Below, in pieces: positions 48,606 to 59,660 of a stretch of DNA of 64,000 nt. This stretch comes from Eledone cirrhosa. Lineage: Eukaryota. The notes beneath the pieces are model-generated. The model was not told the origin of the DNA, did no database searches, and saw nothing but the letters and a program-made list of their open reading frames with translations. A program made the position numbers and the translations under genes. The stretch covers positions 359,600,001 to 359,664,000 of the forward strand of contig OZ024740.1 in NCBI GenBank assembly GCA_964016885.1. Direction: 5' to 3'. The number at the start of each line of letters is the position of its first letter. Positions within the stretch are counted from its first letter, which is position 1.

Positions 48606-50891
48606 ATGGGTAGAAATAACAAAATTGCCATGGTGATATCCATCGATGAAATTTGCGACAAAACCGGTCGATGTCCCAAAATAGAATATTGCCCAGAAAA
48701 TCACATCTGCCATATCTGTGCGGAACCCGAAAACTCGTTCCGTAATCGCTGGGTCGAATGTGGAACCTGTCGCATCTCTGTCTGCCTTCAATGCGCCACA
48801 GGCTTCCGGAGGATCCCAGGCCAAAAAAAGAGACATCATAATGCTATGATGGAGGGAATATGGGAGATGGTCCAGCTAAAATCCTTGTCCTTTCAGTGTC
48901 TGGCCTGTGTGCCTGCCTCCACTAATGTTATTGAAAAACAACAACAACAACAAAAACCAATGACTGTGTCTTCCTCTACCATTGTTACTGAACAACAGCA
49001 AAAACCTATGACACTGGCTTCTACTGCTATTCCTGTGGGAGAACATCAGAAACAACAACAACCCATGTCTTCCACTCCCAGTACATCTCGACACCAACAA
49101 CTGGTGACTGTGTCTTCCCCTACCATTCCCTTGGAGGAACATCATCATCACCAACAACAACAACCTGCGACTGTGTCCTTCCCTGCCATTCCCGTGGAGG
49201 AACATCATCATCACCAACAACGACAGCAGCAGCAGCAACAACAACAACAACAACAACAACCGACCAGTACAGATTTTGCGGAACTGCAACTAATGATTTC
49301 TGCTCTGAGAAGGGAAGTTGCAGGAATAAAGGCAGGCATTCGGGTAGGACCCCACAATGAGGGGTCTTATCGGAATGCCTTGCTAAAGAATCTCCCTGTA
49401 CCTCTTGGTGAAAAGACTGCGGAATCTGCTACCCATGAAGTGATTGCCATTGGGGTACCAGAGGACAAGGCTGATCTTCAGGCATTTGCTGCCAGCTCAG
49501 CCAAAGACCTAGGCTGTGTTCCCCCAAAGGGTGCTCTCCGCCTTGGTCGACCTGGTCCAAAACCCAGACTCATCAGGCTGTCTTTTTCGGACCCCGCAGA
49601 GGCAACCTCATATCATCTGGCCTCTGCTAAAGCTGGGCGTGAAAATCGGATTACCTTCCAAACACGCCCAGGCCTACCACCCCATGTACGTCCAAAGCTA
49701 CGTGCTGCAGCTTCCTTGAATCGGAACTCAGCACAAGATGAAAGTTTTAGTCTGCGTGATGATGGGCAGATCTGGAGGTTTGTCAAGGCTGGTGAAACGT
49801 GGAAGAGAGATAACAGCTGGTCTGAGTGTGATCTACCCACAATAACTGGCAATGTAAAAACTGCTACAACTCTGGGAAACCAGAACAACCTGCCACCCTC
49901 TACACACCATCATAAACTGCGAGCAGGGTACAAATTGTTGTCCTTAAATGCTCGCAGTTTATGCAACAAGATACATCTGTTCGAATCCTACGTCAGAAGC
50001 ATCGACCCTGACTTCATCACAGTCACGGAAACATGGGCACATTCCTTACTCTGTGATGGGGTTTTCAGCATTACTGGGTACAACCTTTTCCGCATTAACC
50101 GCCGTGGTGGTGGTGTGATGGTCTACGTTCGTTCAAACTTTTCGGTAATTCCTTGCGTTGATTTGAACGAATCACAAGAAGAAGTTTTTTTCTGTGACAT
50201 ACGTATGACCATGTCAACACTTCTGCTTGGTGTTGTTTATCGCCCCCCAAACTACCATCAGGACACACAGCTTTGCGATATCCTCAGAGTTGCTGCCAAG
50301 AAAACAGCCACTTATGTGTTTATTGCAGGTGACTTCAATCATCCAGAGATCGATTGGGAAACCTTTCGTTGGCCACAAGGTGCAAACGATTTCCTTGAAC
50401 TAGTGCTGGACTCAAACTGGTCACAAGTAGTCACCTCTCCAACAAGAGGTGACAACACTTTGGACCTGATCTTCACCACTACTCCTGAAGTGGTTATCAG
50501 TTGTACTACTGAGGAACCTCTAGGCGACTCTGATCATGCTATGATCATTGCCAATCTGGCACTTGAGGGCAGCAACAAAAACCAGAGCCATCTCCAATCT
50601 GCTTGCTTTGATTGGAAGAGGGCGGATTGGAACTTGTACTGCACTGAGCTACAGCGCCCAAACTGGCATGAGATGTATAACTCTGGAGATGTGAACTCTA
50701 TACTCCAGAGCATCCTGGACACAATATGGATAGCATGTGCAGCATCAGTGCCACGGAAGCGGAAAAATAACCACCCCAAAAGTGCAATCTGGGAAACTTC
50801 AGCGGTCCGACTTGCCAGGAAAGAACGTCGGAACGCTGAACGGGAATATAAACTGCATAGATCAGATGCCAACAGAAAAAAAGCGGAATAA
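48606..50891 (+). CDS. LINE ORF1 (PHD, Q/H-rich, RRM-like) continuous with APE endonuclease
   Basis: CHIC...WVECGTC...C..C...FQCLAC; polyQ; IAIGVPE...LRLGR...PRLIRL; then LNARSL, VTETW, GGGV, YRPP, GDFN, LDL, SDH with no intervening stop. The frame ends at a frameshift. Confidence 0.85.
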   Translation: MGRNNKIAMVISIDEICDKTGRCPKIEYCPENHICHICAEPENSFRNRWVECGTCRISVCLQCATGFRRIPGQKKRHHNAMMEGIWEMVQLKSLSFQCLACVPASTNVIEKQQQQQKPMTVSSSTIVTEQQQKPMTLASTAIPVGEHQKQQQPMSSTPSTSRHQQLVTVSSPTIPLEEHHHHQQQQPATVSFPAIPVEEHHHHQQRQQQQQQQQQQQQPTSTDFAELQLMISALRREVAGIKAGIRVGPHNEGSYRNALLKNLPVPLGEKTAESATHEVIAIGVPEDKADLQAFAASSAKDLGCVPPKGALRLGRPGPKPRLIRLSFSDPAEATSYHLASAKAGRENRITFQTRPGLPPHVRPKLRAAASLNRNSAQDESFSLRDDGQIWRFVKAGETWKRDNSWSECDLPTITGNVKTATTLGNQNNLPPSTHHHKLRAGYKLLSLNARSLCNKIHLFESYVRSIDPDFITVTETWAHSLLCDGVFSITGYNLFRINRRGGGVMVYVRSNFSVIPCVDLNESQEEVFFCDIRMTMSTLLLGVVYRPPNYHQDTQLCDILRVAAKKTATYVFIAGDFNHPEIDWETFRWPQGANDFLELVLDSNWSQVVTSPTRGDNTLDLIFTTTPEVVISCTTEEPLGDSDHAMIIANLALEGSNKNQSHLQSACFDWKRADWNLYCTELQRPNWHEMYNSGDVNSILQSILDTIWIACAASVPRKRKNNHPKSAIWETSAVRLARKERRNAEREYKLHRSDANRKKAE

Positions 50892-52681
50892 ATCTTCTAA
50901 CCATCTCAAGCAAGTGACAAAGAAGGCAGTGCTTGAATTTGAACAGTGCATCGCAACCAATCCTGACAGGTGTTCTGGAAATATGTTCATTCAAAGCAGA
51001 GACCTCACTCTCCAGTTGGTCCTCTTCGCAATCCCCACACAAGCCAGATCACTGAGGATCCCAAGGAATGCGCAGAACTCATTGCTGAGTGCTATGCAAG
51101 TATTTTTACTGTTGAAAACCAGAATGTACCATCTCCACCATCTCTAACATCAAATTCCATAACAACTATGGAATTTACACCTGCAATGTTGCGACGTCAC
51201 CTTAAGAATAAGCGCAACTATGCCTCCCCTGGTCTTGATGGTGTGACATACCTGCTTCTCAAACGTGGCGGGTATTTCCTTTTGCGCCAGCTTTCTTTCT
51301 TCTTTCTTCTCTCAACAATGGTGCTACTCCGGAGCAGTGGAAAACTGCCAGTGTCATTCCCCTGTTCAAAAAGGGCAACCGCATGTCACCTGTCAACTAT
51401 CGTCCAGTCAGTCTTACTAGCTGTATGGCCAAGCTGATGGAATCCTGTGTCAGAGAAACACTTTGGAACTTCTGGAGCTCTCACAGCCTCATCCGGCCCT
51501 CACAGTTTGGATTTATCCCTAACTCCAGCTGTGTGATCAGCTTATCGAGTTCCTTGAGGACATCACCCAGATCACTGATAGGGGCTCATGGGTGGATGTT
51601 GTTTACCTTGACTTTGCTAAGGCTTTTAATTCTGTGCCACACAAAAGACTTATGGCAAAACTCTCTGCAATGGGTGTGAGGGATGATCTTTTCGACTGGT
51701 TGAAATCCTTCATTCTCAGCCGAAAAGAAGTAGTCACGGTTCTAGGACAGCATTCTTCACCATATGAGATGTCATCTGGTGTACCACAGGGATCTGTTCT
51801 TGGTCCTCTTTTGTTTGTGGCATATATTAACGACAGATGCCAACTTACAGAATGCCACGGTACTAAAATATGCAGATGACATCAAGCTGTACCTTGAAAT
51901 CAAAAGGACTGATCCTGAAATTTACAACTCTTTCCTACAATCAGACCTGGACACAATGCAGCAATGGATCACAGACTGGCAACTGAAGCTGGCTGTGGAC
52001 AAGTGTACCACCATGCATTTTGGAAGGAAAAATCCAGCGTCCACATACTCCCTCCACAACACTGATATCAAAAAGTCCTCTTGTGAACGTGACCTGGGCA
52101 TTACTGTCAGCAACGATTTGCGTTGGACAAAGCATGTCTCTAAGATTGTCAAGAAGGCCGAGGGTGTCTTGGCATCACTCAGCAAGACCTTTGTTAGCCG
52201 CTCTCCAGCCATCTATTTAAAACTGTATACAGCTATGGTACGACCACACTTGGAATTCGCATCATCAGTCTGGAACCCCTATCTTGCTCAGAACATTGAC
52301 CTCCTGGAAACTGTTCAGAGACGTGCAACCAAGCGCATACCCTCCATCAGACACCTACCATACTCTGAACGCCTTGCTTCCCTGGGCATGGATTCATTGA
52401 AGCTCCGACGTCTGGCAATGGACTTGGTGAATACCCACAAAGTTTTTAACCATCTCGCCAATTGCAACCCTGAGCGCCTCTTTGATCTCCATGTGTCTAA
52501 CACACGTGGACATGCCTACAAGATCAGAAAACAGCACAGCTCCCATGACTTTCGTAGACATTTTTTCACGCTCAGAGTTGCTGAAGCATGGAACAAACTG
52601 CCTGCGTCAATTGTTAGCTGCCGAGACACTGCATCCTTTAAGACACTCATGCTTCCCGAAATACGCCAAAACTACACCTGA
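50892..52681 (+). pseudogene. CR1 reverse transcriptase region, several frameshifts
   Basis: FWKYV, SPGLDG, NYRPVSLTS, QFGF, YADD and NTRGH motifs are spread over successive frames. Confidence 0.9.
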
Positions 52682-52987
52682 TGTACCCCTTCCATGCACA
52701 TGCACACATGTGTGTATCATGACTCGTGCACTGTTCATTTTACTGATGTTTGTGCATTGCCCTATGTACTGTACATGCACTTTTTTGATGAGTTGTGGTG
52801 CACCTGGGCACTGTGCACAATATTTCATTATTGTTATTGTTATTATATCATGACTCGTACACTGTTCATTTTCCTGACATCTGTACATTATTCTATGTAC
52901 TATACATGCACCTTTGATGAGTTGTAGTGCACCTGAGCACTGTACACAATAATTTCATTATTATTAATACTTTCAAACGCTGTAGAT

Positions 52988-53305
52988 CAGGGGCGGGCAA
53001 CAGGCGGTCCGCGGGCCACAATCCGGCCCACGAGACCAGTCAGAGTGGCCCGTGATGACCGTTTTTAATTTTTACCTTGTAGGCTATTTAGAATTTCTTT
53101 CGTAACCGTAATACAATTTTCTGTTAGTTGACCTATACTAAAGGGCTTCACTGATAGGGTTATGTGTGTTATAATTTCCCAGTTCCATGTTATGGAAAGA
53201 AATTGTGGTGAATCTTTGGAATAGTGCTTAATAAATATTAATGGCCCTAATAGTTGTTCCAATGTTCAAAAGTGGCCCGCCAATGGAATATGTTGCACAC
53301 CGCTG
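52988..53305. mobile_element. 318-bp hAT (Charlie-type) MITE
   Basis: TIRs CAGGGGCGGGCAAC and GTTGCACACCGCTG; 8-bp TSD CTGTAGAT; GGCCC subterminal motifs. Confidence 0.9.
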
Positions 53306-53459
53306 CTGTAGATCACTAATCCGGTCGCTGTAGGCATTCTACAACCGGGAATATCGTAATAAGCTGCCAATAGCCGGGGGGGGGGGGGTCTTTTGTCTTT
53401 GGCTCCCATATAGATGAACTACGCAAATCACTAACTTGGGGTCTGTGTGCCTGACCAAG

Positions 53460-53990
53460 CGAAACTGTCGTCATTACTCGCAATCTCAATCCACTGATCG
53501 AACAAATACTCTATTAAGGCACGATTTAGATGACCTGGTGCGCTTTGTCTATGTCTATGTTGACACATTCAAGAAATTCAGTCAGTACCTGAATTGAAAC
53601 TACCTACGTAGGTTTGCGAAACGTTTACACCTTCTCTTTTATCGGATACATTGACACAATCCTAATATGAGTCTAAGGCACTATTTTAATCCTCCACTTG
53701 AAATAATAAGAATGACAAGAATACACACGAAAAAATCCAATCTCTTTACTCCAATCTTGCTATAAACGGCTAGTAGTCTAAAGGTAACGTCTTCATTGTT
53801 GTTCACCTCCAAGAAGACTGACTTACCATTCATACCAACCATAACATACCTACGCTTCAATGATGTCGAAAAGAAACGCACGTGACTGCATAAAAGGAAT
53901 TATGATCTCCCTGATGACAACATCAAAATACAGTGACCTGAGGACGTTAAACGAGTGATTTGTTTAATCCTCGTAATAAGTATTTATAGG
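53460..53990 (-). mobile_element. Tx1/L1 endonuclease fragment
   Basis: MNGKSVFLEV...TFRLLAVYS parallels the APE segment at 29200-29300. Confidence 0.55.
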
Positions 53991-54051
53991 ACCATCCACT
54001 GTCGTTTTCAAATGTTTCCATCCAGACTTCTTAAAGTATTTCTGTCGTGAC

Positions 54052-54220
54052 CAGTGTCGGATTTAGGACAAATGAAGCCCTGTGCTAGTTAAGTTATGAG
54101 GCCCCTTACATTTGAAAAATTCATCGTAAAATTTTTTTTAGCAGGGAGATTGTGTGTGTGTGTCGACCAACACGGCCCTGTGCTTAAGCACACCTAAGTA
54201 CAATGATAAGTCCAGCATTG
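54052..54220. mobile_element. 169-bp hAT-type MITE
   Basis: TIRs CAGTGTCGGATTTA and TAAGTCCAGCATTG; 8-bp TSD GTCGTGAC on both sides. Confidence 0.88.
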
Positions 54221-54242
54221 GTCGTGACCATTCAGTAGAATT

Positions 54243-54413
54243 ATAATTGTTTCTACTTTTGGCACAAGGCCGGCAATTACCCTGTGCATTACTGGTACTT
54301 TATTTTATTGACCCCGTAAGGGTGAAAGGCAAAGTTAACTTCGGCGGGATTTGAACTCAGATCATACAGGCGGGTAACTCACAGCATAGCGTCCGACCCT
54401 CTACCGATACTGT
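54243..54413 (-). mobile_element. tRNA-derived SINE
   Basis: Same family as 10070-10255. Confidence 0.85.
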
Positions 54414-55650
54414 GATTCTCAAACAACAGAAGAGGTATTAATTCAGTGCCTTATTTCCCGGACAACGCTGGGTACCTTTCTATTATGGAGGTCTAGTTAA
54501 CCGAAAATAAGTTATATTAAATATACATAAGTATATCGTTCACTTCTTACAATTTTATATTAAATTAGACAAAGGCATTCCAGATATGAGCAGCCAGTTT
54601 TCTTCGTTATATTGTATATCCATGACTACAATGGTTTCGATTTGCAGTATTCAAGATGGAGTGATTGATCTGTGGTATAAATGTGTGACATTCATACACA
54701 GAAGTACTATGATTTGGTTTTAACAAACTCACAACCAATCCAGTAAGGGTGTTCGGCTCACGATCGCAAAGTTGTAAGTTCGATTCCTAGCGTCAGCTTT
54801 GTTATCGACTGTCACGCCGAATCTCCTAGGAACCACGTGTCTGTGGAATTCTCAGCCATTTGCACGTTAATTTCGCAAGCAGGCCGTCCTATTATTCAAA
54901 CAATGGAATACACTTCGTCTGAATCAACAGGCACCCCCCTCCCCCGCAACACACATATACATCATCATTTCCCTACTTGCAAGGTTTGGACGAGTTGTCT
55001 CAGACCAAGTTTGTACTTAATCAGAGCTACTCACATCTCCGATGATGAACTGCGGTCGCATCACGCTTACATGCATTCTTCCACCTTACCAAGTACCATG
55101 CATGTGTGTGTGTGTGAGATGTCGGTCATGGTTGATGGTAATCCAGTACAACCGGCTACATGGTCGGATATCCCAGTCGAACTTGGTAAAGAGGGTTGCG
55201 AGTTACCTAACATCATAAAATACAGGACCTGAAGTCACATCATACGCTTTATGCAAGCGAAGCAGGAGCAAACTTATTAATGTATACTTTAATTTTAAAC
55301 ATGTTTATGTATCTCTTAAATCAACTCTTGCAGATACGTGGAAAAGAGATTGTTTGATGTCTATGTATGTTACCGCATTTCCTTTTCTTTATGCATGCTG
55401 CAATATTTCCTTTCCTTGTAATAATAAATCATTCAGAACAATAGCGTGGCTACTAGAGGGGGGAGGTGAAGTAGGCGGTATATACATATATATATATAAA
55501 AGAAATAGGATTTCGCTTCAAGCATAGCTTTATACAATATGTATAAATATTTCGTATCTCCAAAGAAATACAGTTTTAGGAAGCCGTAGCTATGCAAACA
55601 CCGGGGGACTAACGCCCTCTGGTGATGTCCAGCAGAAGCAAGGGGGACAA

Positions 55651-55692
55651 CCGTCTATGCATTTCAGGCTTAACTGGCCTTCGTCAGGGCGG
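55651..55692 (-). ncRNA. Minimal type I hammerhead ribozyme
   Basis: CCGCC-CUGACGA-AGGC-caguuaa-GCCU-GAAAU-gc-AUA-GACGG. Confidence 0.8.
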
Positions 55693-56052
55693 TCCCTCCC
55701 ACCGCTTGCGACTGCTGGACTAGAAGACAGCTGAGAATATATACTTTTCTCGTCTGTGTAAATGAGGTGATTAATCTCATTTGCATATGAAGCTGCGTAA
55801 GTTGGCTCAACTTATAATAGAAAAGAAATAGGATTTTGCTTCAAGCATAGCTTTATACAATATTTCGTATATCCAAAGAAAAACAGTTTTAGGAAGCCGT
55901 AGCTATGCAAACACCGGGGGGCGGGGGACTAACGCCCTCTGTTGATGTCGCAAGGGGGACAACCGTCTATGCATTTCAGGCTTAACTGGCCGTCTATGCA
56001 TTTCAGGCTTAACTTGTCTTCTCGTCCAGCAGTCGCAAGCGGTGGGAGGGAC

Positions 56053-56092
56053 CGTCCTGACGAAGGCCAGTTAAGCCTGAAATGCATAGACG
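56053..56092 (+). ncRNA. Minimal type I hammerhead ribozyme
   Basis: CGUC-CUGACGA-AGGC-caguuaa-GCCU-GAAAU-gc-AUA-GACG; palindromic stem III AUGCAU. Confidence 0.85.
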
Positions 56093-56340
56093 ATTGTCCC
56101 CCTTGCTTCTGCTGGACATCACCAGAGGGCGTTAGTCCCCCGGTGTTTGCATAGCTACGGCTTCCTAAAACTGTATTTCTTTGGAGATACGAAATATTTA
56201 TACATATATATATATATATATATTAATAAGAGGAATTCCAACTTTGTCTGATTTACTCGTTTTATTTACAATCCTTTAAAATATATATAATGGTATTATA
56301 ATGAAATAGTATGATAGAATATTAAATTCTAAGTGTTAAT

Positions 56341-56379
56341 TGAACAAGTACTTTCATGCTTTCGCAATCTTCAGGTTCA
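56341..56379 (-). ncRNA. Minimal type I hammerhead ribozyme (left arm)
   Basis: Reverse complement of 56452-56490. Confidence 0.78.
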
Positions 56380-56451
56380 TGATATGTGGTGACAGTCGAG
56401 TTTGCAATTTTCACAGTTGAAAATTGCAAACTCGACTGTCACCACATATCA

Positions 56452-56490
56452 TGAACCTGAAGATTGCGAAAGCATGAAAGTACTTGTTCA
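56452..56490 (+). ncRNA. Minimal type I hammerhead ribozyme (right arm)
   Basis: UGAAC-CUGAAGA-UUGC-gaaa-GCAU-GAAAG-ua-CUU-GUUCA; 5-bp stem I; palindromic AAGUACUU. Confidence 0.78.
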
Positions 56491-56666
56491 ATTAACACTT
56501 AGAATTTAATATTCTATCATACTATTTCATTATAATACCATTATATATATTTTAAAGGATTGTAAATAAAACGAGTAAATCAGACAAAGTTGGAATTCCT
56601 CTTATTAATATAATCTTCTATACACAATCATACACACCCGTGTATATTTACCTATCTATATCTATA

Positions 56667-56749
<83 letters not shown>

Positions 56750-56759
56750 TTTTCTGATA

Positions 56760-57530
56760 TCAGATGGTTAATTTGCTGACGACATAGTTCTGGTGCCAAA
56801 CACAGTGAAGGAGGCAGAGGTGTTGATGCAGGAGGTGGAGACGGTGTCGATGCGTGTGGAGCTGGGAGTGAATGAGATTAAGACGATATATCTGGTAGAG
56901 AACATTAAGAAGCCAGAGAAGATTATGAATGTAGTCGGGAAGCCACTCGAGTTGGTTGAGGACTTCCTGTGTCTGGGAGCAAAGATTGGGAACACAGAGG
57001 ATGATGTGGTTGACAGGAAGAGCAAAGACTGGGTGGCGTGCCACAGTTTGAGATCGGTGTGGAAGTCGGACCTTCGTAAAGACTGAAGATCTGTCTCTTC
57101 GTTGCTACAGTGAAGTCTGTGTTACTGTACGGGTTTGAGACTTGGACACTGACCAAGAAACTCACTCAGATGGTGGATGGGTGCTACACGAGAGTGCTGA
57201 GGATGGCTCTGAACATTAATTAGTTACACTGAGGATGAAGAACTCAGAGCTGTATGGGAGCTTCTCAAAAGTCAGCTCGAAAGTAACACAGAGGAGACTG
57301 AGTTAGCTGGACATGTTCACTGACATTCAGAGTTGACACTGCCCTCAGTGCTCCTGTGGAAGTCCCTACACGTAGTCACTAGAAGAGGGAGACTAAGGTT
57401 TACATATGTTGATGCCCTAAAGACAGACACAGGTCTCTTGGAGACGCAGGACATGGCGGCGATGTTGAAGGACAGAGACCACTGGAGAGAACTTGTACAT
57501 GGATCTCGGGAATTTTACCCGCTCTAGTTA
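56760..57530 (+). mobile_element. RTE-like LINE 3' fragment
   Basis: FADDIVLV, VEDFLCLGA, SVLLYGFETWTLT, DGCYTRVLRMAL, RDHWRELV. Confidence 0.8.
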
Positions 57531-57689
57531 GATAGATATGGTTTTATACCAAAATGGCCGCCGATTTCTTTATCATTTTGTTCATGCGCGAAAGTCTGCA
57601 GTATTTCTGGATTTGCAGTTTGTTAATTTTCGTACAGTACGGTTCATCCTTATCCCTTTTTGTGACATTATTGTAAACAACTTATTTTT

Positions 57690-57965
57690 CCTCTGAGGAT
57701 TTGGAATCGGGCATATCTATGGATGTATACAAATATAATATAAAGGAAAGGGAAAGGGAAAGCAGAAAAAAAAGAAAGGAAAAGAAAGAGAAAAGAAAAA
57801 GAAACACATCTGGGACCACATACAACAAAAGGCAGGTGAAAGGAGCCGTTACCAGAGTAAAAGATAACAGTATCGCGAGGAGCACAAGGAAACCTCTCTA
57901 ATGATTTTTTAGGCAAGCCAGCACTCTCGCCGCGTCACCTATTCGGATGAAACAATTTGTAAGAA
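57690..57965 (+). mobile_element. Possible Penelope 3' relic with a decayed hammerhead
   Basis: RIWNR/LES-like end, then UCU-CUAAUGA...UAGG...CCUA...GAAAC-aauuu-GUA-AGA with core G5 mutated. Confidence 0.35.
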
Positions 57966-58090
57966 ATAAAAAATGTTGATAAGTGCCTTTGATTCTCCAT
58001 CATAAATTTCTGTTTATATATCATCATCATCATCATCATCATTTTACGTCCGCTTTTCCCTTCAATCTATTTTATTTCTCATTCTTTCTT

Positions 58091-58118
58091 CTGATGAAAG
58101 ACTAGCGTCCGAAACGTT
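58091..58118 (+). ncRNA. Minimal hammerhead core truncated at the cleavage site
   Basis: CUGAUGA-AAGAC-uagc-GUCC-GAAACGUU directly followed by (TA)n; palindromic AACGUU. Confidence 0.6.
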
Positions 58119-58151
58119 ATATATATATATGTGTATGTGTGTGTGTGTGTG

Positions 58152-58256
58152 TAACTTAAAAGTAAGTCACTGAGCAATATGTATTTTTTTGTGGGGCCCC
58201 GGGGGCAGCAAGCTGAAGAGCTGCCCCGGGCGGCACACACTCTAGCTATGTCACTG
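58152..58256 (-). mobile_element. hAT-like terminus, second copy
   Basis: Reverse complement of 36924-37025, again abutting a microsatellite. Confidence 0.55.
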
Positions 58257-58739
58257 ATTCAGAATTTACATATACAGATCAATCAAGTATCGTTTATTTT
58301 CATTTTATTTATTTCTCTCTTTATATTGCCCTGTTGCATTCATTTTCATGCTATTCATTAACTGTATTACTGTTCAAATAAGCACGTGAGTTTAGAAGAC
58401 GGCGAGTGGAAATGGAAAATTGAATTAGAAGCCTTTTCTCCATATTTTAGACAACAGAAAATAGTCAAATAACAGGGTATATAAGCCGCCTGAACGAGTA
58501 AGAAATACGGTGAAAAAGCTCCTACCGTTTAAGTAGGAAATTGCATTTAATGATAAAGAGCAATTTTTTTTAAAGTCCTGACAATAAACAATAAAACAAA
58601 TAGTAAAAATAAAACAAAGGTGCATATGACCTGGTTATCTACTAGGAAATTATCTACCGCTGTTTTTTTTTTTTTGGGGGGGGGGGGGTTTCATCAGTAG
58701 GAATTAAACGTTAAACGTTATTTCAAAATTCGTTATTGA

Positions 58740-59010
58740 ATTTATTTTGCGAGATTTCTTATCTGAAAATGTGTGTTGAAATAGATAGCTATACTTTGGG
58801 AGGGTCATGTTTCCAATAAAAAGACACACTCCTGTTGGTTTTCACTTCAATTTATTATAAGTTTCCGGTTGGTTGGTTCGATAACCGGAAGGTTATATAT
58901 ATTGTCAAAGTTCTTTCATCACACATTCTGTGACCTCCTCAGTGACTAGGTTTTTATTTTGTGTGACTCTCCTTTGTTCTGTCCGACACCATTTTGTTTT
59001 TGTGTGTTAT
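58740..59010 (-). mobile_element. Penelope pseudo-LTR copy
   Basis: Diverged homolog of 62990-63270 and 38823-39290. Confidence 0.75.
58904..58946 (-). ncRNA. Minimal type I hammerhead ribozyme
   Basis: GUCA-CUGAGGA-G-GUCACA-gaaug-UGUGAU-GAAAG-aa-CUU-UGAC; changes relative to 39094 fall at N7 and create a G-U pair. Confidence 0.75.
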
Positions 59011-59292
59011 TTGAAAACCATATGGAGCACAATTTTAATTTGCGCCCGAGTAGATAGCTGGTAGATAGTGTAGTTTATATATGACGAATTCCTATTGATG
59101 AGAAAAATTGCCAAGATTAGTAATTTGTTATTGATACTGATTGCTGAGATTGATGGCTGCCGTTTTTTCTCTGATTTTTCAAATCAGATCTGCCATGGCC
59201 TTAGTATTTTATGATACCATCTTTAGAGAATTGGGGAAGAAGGAGGAGGAGGATGGTGGGATGAGGGGGAGGAGAAGAAGAAGAAGAAGAAG

Positions 59293-59323
<31 letters not shown>

Positions 59324-59349
59324 TTTGTTTTCTGGTTCAAGCCAAAATG

Positions 59350-59480
59350 TTAATAGTGTTTTCAAACCAGTTAATTCTGCATTCAGTCCTATAGCGTGGC
59401 ACCCTGGGTGTCTTCCTAGATTGCCCCGATGACTTGTGGGTGAAATTTGGTTGACTGAAGCTGCAGAAACCTGTCGTATA

Positions 59481-59523
<43 letters not shown>

Positions 59524-59660
59524 ACGCATGTGTGTGTGTATGTATGTGTGTGTGTGTATATATATGCATGTATGTATGTATCTATGTGTGTTTTGTGTGT
59601 GTGTTTATGCCCCATAGCATAAGAGATCGGTTAAATAAATACCGGTTTGACAAATAAGTA
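59350..59660 (+). mobile_element. SINE relic with (TG)n, preceded by (GAA)n
   Basis: ATTCAGTCC...GTGGCACCCTGGG...CTTGTGGGTGAAATTTGG...CCTGTCGTATAT(GT)n. Confidence 0.55.

Larger units (their letters stand above)
48606..52965 (+). mobile_element. Near full-length CR1-clade LINE
   Basis: PHD finger, ORF1-like RRM region, APE, RT (YLDFAKAFNSVPH, SGVPQGSVLGPLLF, YADD), duplicated 3' UTR and (ATT)n tail. Confidence 0.92.
55495..56204. mobile_element. ORF-less Penelope-type pseudo-LTR cluster: two tandem units (~324-bp period) plus one inverted copy
   Basis: AGAAATAGGATTT...AGGAAGCCGTAGCTATGCAAACACCGGGGG at ~55500 and ~55824; reverse complement at ~56015-56204; flanked by (TA)n. Confidence 0.8.
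56219..56612. repeat. Palindrome with 195-bp arms and a 4-nt loop, carrying a hammerhead in each arm
   Basis: Centre GCAATTTTCA-CAGT-TGAAAATTGC (loop 56414-56417); arms appear identical by eye; (TA)n on both sides. Confidence 0.92.

Noticed and set aside
36924-58256. Giant 21-kb hAT bounded by the two inverted CARTGAC termini
   Set aside because: The flanking 8-mers differ (ACAGTGCT versus ATTCAGAA), so there is no TSD; two independent copies of the same end explain it more simply.
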